Assembly: GCF_000142905.1 (NCBI RefSeq)
Contig: NW_013657678.1
Location: 248,001 to 312,000 of the forward strand
DNA length: 64,000 nt
Direction: 5' to 3'
DNA from: Thecamonas trahens ATCC 50062
Taxonomy: Eukaryota > Protista > Apusomonadida
The translations under genes were made by a program, and so were the position numbers. Each line of letters begins with the position of its first letter. Positions within the stretch are counted from its first letter, which is position 1. Shown here piece by piece: positions 48,345 to 57,900 of this stretch. The notes below the pieces were generated by a model that saw only the letters and a list, made by a program, of their open reading frames with translations, did no database searches and had not been told where the DNA came from.

Positions 48345-50221
48345 CTACGGCGACGATGACGACGCGGCGGGTGGCGGAGCAACCACAGGTATCCAGACCC
48401 GGATGGTGCGATCACCCGAGCCCGAGGCTAGGATGTGGCGCGGATCGGCAGAAGCCGCCGGCCGCTGGGCAAGGGCGTGGATGTAGCCATGGTGAGCGTC
48501 GAGGGTGCGGACGCACTCGAAGCGTGAGATGACGCCGGAGCCATGGGCTGGGCGCGAACGTGGTCCGGATCCACGGCCCAGATCATGATGCGGTGGTCAA
48601 ACGAGGCTGAGACAAGCCAGGTGTTGGCGCTCGACGTCACGACCTCCATTTGCCACACCGGCCAGCGATGGCCCTTGAGCACGCCTTCAAACTCGTACTC
48701 ACGAGCCATATTGTAAACACCAATGGTGTAGGAGCACGAGGCAAAGAGATAGTCGCCGGCGAGGGCGAGAGCCAGGATCTTGGACTCGGCCTGGACAACG
48801 ACAACCGGCTCGGGAAGCTCGAGGTTGCTCACATCGGCCAGCGGCGCCAGCAAGCGGCTGATGTCCAGAAGCGATACAGTGCCGTCGTCCGAAGCGATGT
48901 AGAGCAGATCGCCGGCACGGGTGAGGGCCGAGATGCCGGCGTCACGGATTTTGACCGAGGCGAGAACAGCAAGCGACCAGGCGTGGGTGAAGCAGAGTGT
49001 GCCCGAAGCGTCGCCAGAGATGAGGACATTAGCCAGCGGCTCGTAACGGAGGGCGTAGATCTTGGCGGTGTGGACCTCAAGCTTGCCGACGCGCTCAAAG
49101 TGCGGAGCAGACGAGGCCGCCGGCGACGCGACCCAGACCAGGATGCTAAAGTCGGACGATGCCGAGAAGAGGCGGCGCGAGACGTGCGGTGCGTCCGAGT
49201 CGTCGTCGTAGTCCGAGTAGACCTCGTCGGGGACCGGGACAAAGGCCTCCTCCAGGGCCCACACCGTGTAAGCATGGCCTTGCAGGACGGCAAGACACTC
49301 AAAGGTCTCGAGCGACCAGACACGGATGGTGGTGTCCTGCGAGCCCGAGTAAAGGTAGGCCGAGCCGACGCAGAGTGCAGTCACACCCGAAGTGTGGCCC
49401 TTGAGCGTCCGTGCACACTCGAGCCGCGTCGGGCTCCACACCTCAAGGCCAGCCGTGGCCGACAACGCGCGCGATCTCAGCGATGGCGTGCCAGGCTCGG
49501 GTTCGTCAGCCACGGCGGCACTTGCGGATGCGCCGGCACAAACACTCGCCGACTGGCCAAGGCCGAGGCGGGTGGCGATCGGCTCCGGAAGATTCTCTTC
49601 CAGCAGCGCCCGGAGCTCCGGCGCAATGCTCGCCACCGGACCGGCAGCGTCGGCACTGGCCAGCGCCAACAGTGCGGCGCGGAGGGCGTCGACCTCTTCG
49701 GACTTGCGGGCGAGCGCGTCTTCGAGCACCTCGATCTTGGAGCAGGTCTCGCTGATAAAGGTGGTGACCTTGGCGTACGGGCAGTCGCCATCGGGCGCCG
49801 TATGGGCGTTGACAGCGTCCCAAGTAGCAGCATAGGCACAGCCGTGCTTGCGGAAGGGACAGCGGGCCGGGCGCGAGGCGCAGGCCACTCGATGGGCCTC
49901 GAGCTCTGCCAGCGGGAAGATGGCTGTGCAACCGGCAGAGCGGAACGGGCAGTACACATCCATCTCGTCGAGCAGATCCTGGACAAGGAGGTTTGGATGG
50001 ATGTCGTCTGAGCCGAGGACGGCGCGGCAGAGCGGACACTCGGGCTTGAGGGCCACGGCCTGAAAGATGCAGTGGGTGCAGAAGGTGTGCCGGCAGGGAG
50101 TGAGGGCAGGCGCACGGAGCGTCTCTGTGCAGATAGGGCAGGCAAGCCGAGCCGACGGCTCGTGCACAAACGCTGTTGCTGCCTCCTCTATAACATCATG
50201 CCCCACTCTGGATGATGCCAT
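48345..50221 (-). CDS. TRAF7-like E3 ligase: RING, TRAF-type Zn finger, coiled coil, WD40 repeats; frame break near 48550
   Basis: RING CPIC...PCRHTFCTHC...CPLCR; NLLVQDLLDEMDVYCPF...GC...H...C; WD repeats TLKGHTSGVTAL...YSGSQDTTIRVWS. The final WD repeat (FECVRTLDAHHGYIHALA...ASGSGDRTIRVW) lies in the -1 frame and ends at TAG 48345. Confidence 0.85.
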
Positions 50222-50238
50222 TCTCATTCTCAGTCTGC

Positions 50239-50326
<88 letters not shown>
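50239..50326. repeat. Tetranucleotide microsatellite (CTGG)22
   Basis: Uninterrupted ctgg repeat just upstream of the TRAF7-like start codon. Confidence 0.97.
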
Positions 50327-50979
50327 GGAGAGGTGGTGGCGAAAGTGGCGCCAGTGGCGTAATAAGCTCACAGGAGGCCAGGCTCTTTGACATTGTGGCA
50401 TTCTGGCGTCATGAGAGTGAAATCAGGGGTGCAAGGTGTGGCGTAACCGTCTTGTCGCTGCCTTTAAGCTATCTTGGCTGCCTTGGCGCTGCCTTGCCCA
50501 TCGGCAGAGATGGGCAGAGCAGCAGTGTTGAAAAAGCGGAGATCTTGTGTGGCTGAAAAAAACGCACATTCTCACCCTGCGTATCCTCATCTCCGCAAAC
50601 ACTCGAGCTACCAGCGAGTATCCCGATCTACTGCCATCACCATACCCTTGATCATCTACAGATGTAAATGCCAGCTGGCATGCTGAGCCGATCACGCCCT
50701 CCTCGAGCCGCGGCGGGAGCAGCAACACCTGCGACGTAGTTGTGTACCAAGCAGCTAGTGAACAAGCAGGAGGCATGCCGCTGGTATCAACACCCCGCAT
50801 CGTGATGACTATGCTCACAGCCAGCCCGATGGTCAAGGCCAGGCTGGACAATGATCTCTCCACCCCCACTCCCCACTCCCCACCCCCTCTTCTGCTTCAA
50901 ACACAGCCAGGCATCGTCAGACAGGCATCACACGCATTCATTTGCGGGGAGAGGCAAAGACATTGGTGCGAGCCAACTA

Positions 50980-51711
50980 TTACTCCTTGATAACAGCAAG
51001 GATGTCGTCGTCGTGGAAGAGGAACAGATCGTCCTCGCCAGGAACGCCGATCTTGGAGCCACCGTACTCGGGAAGGAGGACCTTGTCGCCGACAGCGACC
51101 GCAACAGGGCGCTCCTCACGGCCAGGACCGACAGCCACAACCTCACCCTCGTTGTTCTACACACACACACACACACACACCAGAATACACACCAGCATAT
51201 ACATGCTCCACTGTGAGTCCTCGCCCGAATGAGCTCCCCTTGGTCTTCGCTCACCGCCAGCACAGCCCACCAGGCAGGGCAGGACTCCCCAACGTGGGAT
51301 GGGCGTCGCTTCACGAAGGTGAGCCATCTTCACCGGACACCTCGGCTGGCAGCAGCGCCTCCACAACACCACGTACCTTGTCCTGGGCAGACTCCGGAAG
51401 GAGAATTCCACCAACGGTCTTCTCCGCAGGCTTGGAGCGCCGGATCAGCACACGGTTGAACAGAGGGGCAATACGAGCAGCCTACGTCCACACCCCCCCC
51501 CCGCAGTGAGTCACCCCGCCGTCACCAGGCATCGTCGCCCCACCACCTGCCCCTCCCCCTCTCGAGCCACAGGCCACACAGCCATGTTCACCCATCAAGC
51601 ATCGGGCCACACAGCGTCATGCTACACCACTCTGTGCACCCATTCCTCGCTCCCGATGCTCCATGCTAGCCTTCGCTTGCCTGAAACAACCCCGCCCGTG
51701 CTACATACCAT
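50980..51711 (-). CDS. HSPE1: 10 kDa chaperonin (Hsp10/GroES family); exons 51711-51709 (ATG only), 51481-51377, 51156-50980
   Basis: Missed by the ORF track. Spliced translation: M|AARIAPLFNRVLIRRSKPAEKTVGGILLPESAQDK|NNEGEVVAVGPG...VGDKVLLPEYGGSKI...FLFHDDDILAVIKE. Both introns are GT-AG and phase 0. Confidence 0.93.
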
Positions 51712-51960
51712 GACGCGTTGCAGTCGAGTGGTGCCCTCTGCTGCCCACCGTCGCCCGCTGCCCACCGTCGCACGACCTTTTCCTGCCGGACCACGATCAT
51801 GATCGCGATCGCGATCACGACGCGCCGCTCAACCACCCCACCCTACCCACACTCTCCCCGCACCTCCGCCCGAACGGCCGCTCCCGTCAACACAAACACA
51901 CACCACCGGCATTACACCGCCTCGCCTCTACGCGCTTGGACTCTTGCTCCTTCGCACACC
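51712..51960. promoter_or_regulatory. Putative bidirectional promoter (Hsp10 / PACT gene) containing a GATC palindrome array
   Basis: 249 bp between divergent ATGs; perfect 18-bp palindrome TGATCGCGATCGCGATCA at 51800-51817. Confidence 0.45.
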
Positions 51961-54900
51961 ATGTCGACAAACCGCGAGGAGCTGCTCGCAAAAGGGCGCG
52001 AGCAGGTTCGTTTTGGCGCCAACCCCCCCTCCCCCCTCCCCCCCCCCCCGCCTGCACAACCTCCCCTCCCCAATCACTCACCCCCGCAAACCAGTTTAAC
52101 AAGCACAAGAAAAGGGGAAAGCGCCGCAAGAATCGGAGTGGCAAGGCCGAGACCGGATCCGGCCAGAGCCCGGCAACACCCGAACGTGAGACCGAGCCCG
52201 AGGCCTCCGTCTTTACCACCGACTCGACCGACGTGGCGCTACTGGCAACCGATGACGACGACAATGCCTCTGACGTAGCAGACGTGCTCGATGACTACCT
52301 CCAACCGACCCCTCCACCCGAAACGCCACCGAGATCGCCTGGGGGAGACGCGCTCGCGGACTATCTTGCCCCGGCGTCGCCAACTACTCCACCGCAGAAT
52401 GGGCCCTCGCTCGGCTCGACAGACGATGATCCCACAGCGTACCTGCAGTCGCTCATGATGCTCTCGCCGATGACGCCCGCGCAGTCTTCTGCTCCCCCCA
52501 CTTTTGAGCACACGCCGCAGGAGGCATCGCTCGCCTCACGCTTTGTCTCGGCCGAGGTGCCTGAAGAGGACACCACGGTCCAGCCCGCTTTCAAGGCTAC
52601 CGTGGCCACTCTCACTGCCGCACTTAAGAGCACCGAGCACGTGGACAATGCCTCGATTGTCGAAGGCGTCCGCAAGCTTGCCACACTGCATAACCGCCGC
52701 GCTCAGAACCTCAAGTCGATCATCGACTCGCAGCGAGCCCATCTTCAGCAACTCAAGACCAACGAGCTTGATCTCGCCGCGGCTGAGGCAAAGGAGTATG
52801 ACGATTTCATCAACGAGACAATGCAGGAAAACGAGGAGCTGACAGAGACCAACGAGAAGCTCACCATCGAGCTCGATGAGCTCAAGGCCGACCGTGCTGC
52901 ACTCGGCGACCGCCTTAAGTCGCTTCAGCTCAAGCTCGACGATCATGCTTCGCTGCTCGAGACAACGAAAAATGAGGCAGCTCAGACTCGGACGGCGCTT
53001 GCTGAAGCCGAGCAAGCCGGTAAGGCCGCTCGCGACGAAATCGACAGCCTCAACAACCGCATCGACGCTCTCGAGCGTGACCTTGCCGACGCCCGCAACT
53101 CGGCAGCAGAGGCGAACGAGCTCAACAAGACCCTCAACGATCAGGTGACCCAACTCGACAGTTTTGTTGCCACCGCCACTCGCGAGCGCGACGATCTCGC
53201 CGCCGCTGCCTCGTCAGCAGCTGCGAAGAGTGCCGAAGAGCTCGTAGCTGCCCAGCACGAGATCGAGCGGCTGGCCACCGAGCTTCGCGCCGTCCGCGGC
53301 GAGTTTGCTGCAGTCACCGCCGGCGAGAAAAAGTCCAAGGCTGAGCTCCGCAAGCTCACCGCCGACGCCGCCGACCGCGAGGCCAAGCTTGCTACCGAGG
53401 TCTCGGCCCGTGAGGCCCGGATCAAGACGCTTGACGCAAACCTGGTCGACGCCGACTCCCGCATCGAACTGCTTCAGAGCGAGCTGACCAAGTCGCGTGA
53501 AGCCGAGGCGAGTCTCCGCAATGATCTCGCCTCCCTCAGCGACGAGCTGGCAAAGGCACGCGACGACGACGCCACCCATCTTGCCCAGTTGGAGACTGCA
53601 GATCAAGAGCGCGAGGTCCTAGCTGCCCAGCTCGACGCCGCCACCAAGGAGCTCAAGGCCGCCAGGGCCGAAGCCGCTGCCGACCGCACCACCCTCGCTG
53701 CCGCCCAGTCAGAGCTTGACTTTGCTGAGAACAAGGCCGCCGCTGCAGAGACCAAGCTCGCACAGCTCGAGTCCGAGGCCGGCGCTGCCCACATGACTGT
53801 CGCGGAGCTGACAGAAAGCGTCGAGCGGCTGACAACCATCAACGACGACTTGCAGGCCCGGATCAACGAGCAGGCTGGAGAGCTGAAAGAGGTTTCAGCC
53901 GAGGCTACTGATGCTGCAAGCCAGCTCTCCCAGCTGTCGGCCAGTCGCGACCAGCTTCAGTCCGACTACGAACTTTCCCAGTCTACGCTCGCCGACGTGC
54001 ACAAGCGGCTTGCGCAGGCTGAAAAGGTCGAGTCCGAGCTCCGCGCTCAGCTTGCAGCTGCTCTTGACGAGCTGGCGAGTGCCAAGCTCGCCGCCACTGA
54101 TGCAGTCAGTCTTGCCAAGCTCAACGACGAGCTCGAGACCAAGCTCATCGCACTGAAGCAGGATGTGAAGCGGCTCGAAGTCGAGCGCGACGAAGCTCGC
54201 TCGAACGTTGACACCTCGTCCAAGTCGCACATCGAGTCGGTCCAGTCACTCTCTAAGCAGGTCGAGTCGCTGACGGAGAGCCTTCGCCGCGAATCGGACC
54301 GTAACACTGAGCTCAACTCGTTGCTGCAGGCCGCACACGCCCGCATCGCCGAGCTCGAAAGTGCCGCCAGCGATGCTGCTGCCGCTGCCGCCGACAACGA
54401 CAAGTTCACCTCTGAGTTGGACGCACTTCGTGATGACGACCCGAGCCTCGATATCAGCGTTGCAGCTTGCATGTCGTGCACTGAGCTGCAGAGCTCGCTC
54501 GATACGCACGAAATGGTCTCCCGTGAGGTGGCCAAGACCCTCATCGACGCTCTCGGGTCGGATGCGCCTGCTGCCGCCCACCCCGACGAGATCCTGCCGA
54601 TGGCGCTCAGCGCTGCCAGCCTCATTGGCCGGCTTCAGAGTGATCTGGACGAGGCCGAAGCCGCTGCCGCGACAGCCGTGGCCAGCGCCGACGCCGCCCT
54701 AAGCACTGTTGCTCAGCTGGAAGCCGAGGCCTTCGAGCGTCAGTCTGACTTTGACGAGCTTCAGACCCAGTGCGACTTGCTCGAGCAAGAGCGCGACGAC
54801 CTTGTGGCATCATCGGCGGACTCGGCCCAACTGGAGGGGCAAATCCGCTCGCTGGAAGCCGCACTCGCCGACCTGTCGCAAACCTTTGAGGCTCGCAACA

Positions 54901-57900
54901 ACGAAAACGAGGCCACCATGGGAGCCCTTAGGTCCGAGAATGCCGCTCTCAAATCCGAGCTCGCTGCACTCACCGACCTGTCGCAGACGCTCAAGGCCCG
55001 CAACGCTGAGAACGAGGCCACTCTGACGGCGCTCACTTCCGAGCGCGATGCGCTGCAGTCTGAACTCACGGCCCTCGCAGACGCTTCTCAGGCTGTGGAA
55101 GGCCGTAACGCCGAGAATGAGACGCTTGTGGCAGCGTTTCAGCGCGAGTGCGAGACGCTGCAGGCTGACAAGGCTGATCTTGTCGCCCAGGTCGAGGATC
55201 TCAAGGTCGAGGTGGCATCGACCCAGCTGCAAGTTTCTTCGCTCGAAAGCGAGATCAATCCCATGCGGCAACAGGTGTTGGCGCTCCTCGAACAGAATGA
55301 TACCCTCGAGCACGAGGTCCGGCGCCAGGGAAGCCCAGCGGCAATGACCTCACTCAAGGGCAGCTTCAGCTGGCGCAAGACGATCTCCGCGTCGCGCAGG
55401 ACACCGTTGCCGACCAAAAGGTGCTCGTCGGCATTCTTAAGGAGGCTTTGATGGAGCAGGCGGTTGCCGCCTCGTCAGTCGATGCATGCGGCCACCCGCG
55501 CGAGCTCAAGCTCAAGTACCCCGGCCAGCGCGCCAAGCTCCCAAACTTGTCCGACGACGACGACAACGCACGAGCTAACGAGCTCCTCTTCTCCATGTCC
55601 ACCGCAAAGGCGCTCTCGGCCCGGGCTGGCGTTGACGTCACTCCCGCTTTTGGCGGAGACACTGCACTCTCGCTCTCGACCTCGTCATCGGGCTCGCTCC
55701 ACGAGAGCAACGCGTCCGTCCCGGAGCCATCAAACCTTGCTCCCGAGCCGACGACTGTCGAAGACCTCGTTGCCGAGCTTGCCCACCTGCGCCGTACCAA
55801 CCGCGTGCTCGAGGAGCGTATCGCTTTGTACGAAAACCCGCAGTCAGGAGCCACCGAGGCACTCGATGGCCTTGCCATGCCAAGCTTTGATGACGGCCAG
55901 ACCGACGACCTTGATCTGCTGCTTGCGTTTGGCGAGTCGCTTGCCGACCACTCGATGCCGCGCCGCGAGCTGAGCGAGGCCTCCAGCGAGCCCGCTCCGG
56001 GCTCGTGTGCCATCTCGGCGTGGGAGGTCCTCCGCTGGGTCAAAGAGGCGCTGACTGCGCTCGGCATTGGGCGTCACTCGCTCAACAATGCTTCACTCGC
56101 CGCCTACCCCCGCAAGTGGCTCGATGCTCTCCTTCGGCACATTGATCTGCGGACCCGCAAGATCAACCAGCTCAAGGCGCAGTACAGCCAGGCGGTGACC
56201 AACGCCGCTGCCCTTAAGCGCCAGTCGGCCGCTATGCTGAAGAGCCAGCAGGAGGTCTATGCCAAGGACCGGGCCGCGCTGGTGGCCCAGGCATCATCCG
56301 CCGATGTTGCTGCTGCCGCCGACGCAGGTCTGGTCCGCGAGCTTGAGGCCGCCAAGGCCACTCTTACTGAGCTTGAAGCCGCGCGCTCGGCTCTGCTCCG
56401 CTCCAATGCCGAGCTTGGGCGTGATCTGAGTCACCTTCGCGAGCTTGCTGGCGCCGGGCCGCAGGAGCTCGCCCGCGCGGTTGTGGCGGCCAAGACCCAA
56501 AAGACCATGTTTGAGGCGCGCCTCAACGAGGTCGAGGCCCTTGTGCCATCGGCTGCTGAAATTGACAGCCTCCTTCTTGAGCGTGATGAGGCGCGACTGC
56601 AGCGCGATGCGCTTGAGCTCGAGCGTGACGAGGCGCTCGGCAGGATCGAAGCGCTGGAGCTGGAGCGCGACGAGGCCCAGCTTCAGCACGAAATGGAATC
56701 TGCCGACCATCGACAATGCGTTGCTCGCCTCGAGCTCCTCGAGGCCGAGCACGCCAGCTGCAAGGAGAAGTTCGCCGAGCTGGAGGAGCTGCGCCAGTCG
56801 GCCAACAACTCGCAAGCTACCGTACAGCTCGAAGCCGTCGAGGCCGAACTGCTCAAGTGTGAGAGCAAGCTCGCCGCTCTTCAGCTCCAGTACGAGATGG
56901 AGTCTGTCGACCACCAGCAGTGTGCCGAACGCCTAGCAACGGCTGAGGCTGAGCACGCTGAGTGCAAGACCAAGGCTGACGAGCTCGAGCGGCAACTGGA
57001 GGAAGCGCAGGCCGCAGTGACCGCAGCCGCACAACGACCAGCGCCCGTCATTGCTCCTGCTAGCTCGCCGCCGCGCCAGGCCATCAACATATCGCTGGGC
57101 GAAGCCGAAGACCTGCGCGGCTATCTGGCGCCGGCTACGCCTGTGTCGGCCCGGCGCGGACTGGGCGCATCAGCGCTGGGGGGCTCGTCGCTTGGCGCTT
57201 CGCTCTGGAGCCCTGCACGCACCACAAGCTTTGCTGAGCCCGCCACGCCGGGCGAGGTCCTTAACCGAGCGCTTGCGTCGTCTAATCCGATGGGTGCGCT
57301 CAAGATGCACCTGGTCTCGCTCCGCGGCCTTTGGCAGCACGAGGTCAAGGCTAATGCTGCGCTGCGCGAGCTGATCGAAACGATGAGGGCCGACCGCGAT
57401 CGGGTTGCCCACGAGGCCCGCAGCCGTGAGGAGCAGCACGCGCGTGTGGTGGCCGAAAAGGACCGCGCCCTTGACGAGCTGCGCATCAACGTGACCCAGC
57501 ACATGGCCCAGGCCCAGGCTCACTCGTCGTCGCTTGTCGAGACCATTTCGACCAACCTGAGCGAGATGCAGGGCTCCCAGTCGGTGCTCTCGCAAACAGC
57601 GCTTGCGGCGTCGACTGAGGCCAACCGGCTGCGGGTTGAGCTCGAAAGCGCCCGCGACAAGACTCAAGCGGCCATCCGTGAGACCGACCGAATCCGGGAC
57701 CAGGCCGCGGCTGACCTTGCCTCAGCTGAAGCGAGTGCTGCCAACGCACACGCCCAGGTGGCTCGACTCGCTCACGAGAAGCAAGCCGTTGAGGGCGAGC
57801 TTGCTTCGATACGGGCCCAGCTGGAAGCTGTCCAGAGCGAGCGCGCTGGGGCACAGGACTCGATCTCACAGCTGACTCGAGCGCTTCAACAGTGTCGGGC

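Noticed and set aside
48331-48486. Stop-codon read-through after TAA 48333 (open frame continues to 48486)
   Set aside because: The open frame is explained by being antisense to the last WD40 repeat of the TRAF7-like gene.
50228-50401. (PASQ)n N-terminal extension of the TRAF7-like ORF
   Set aside because: Translation of the (CCAG)n microsatellite from a non-ATG start; in-frame ATGs follow the repeat.
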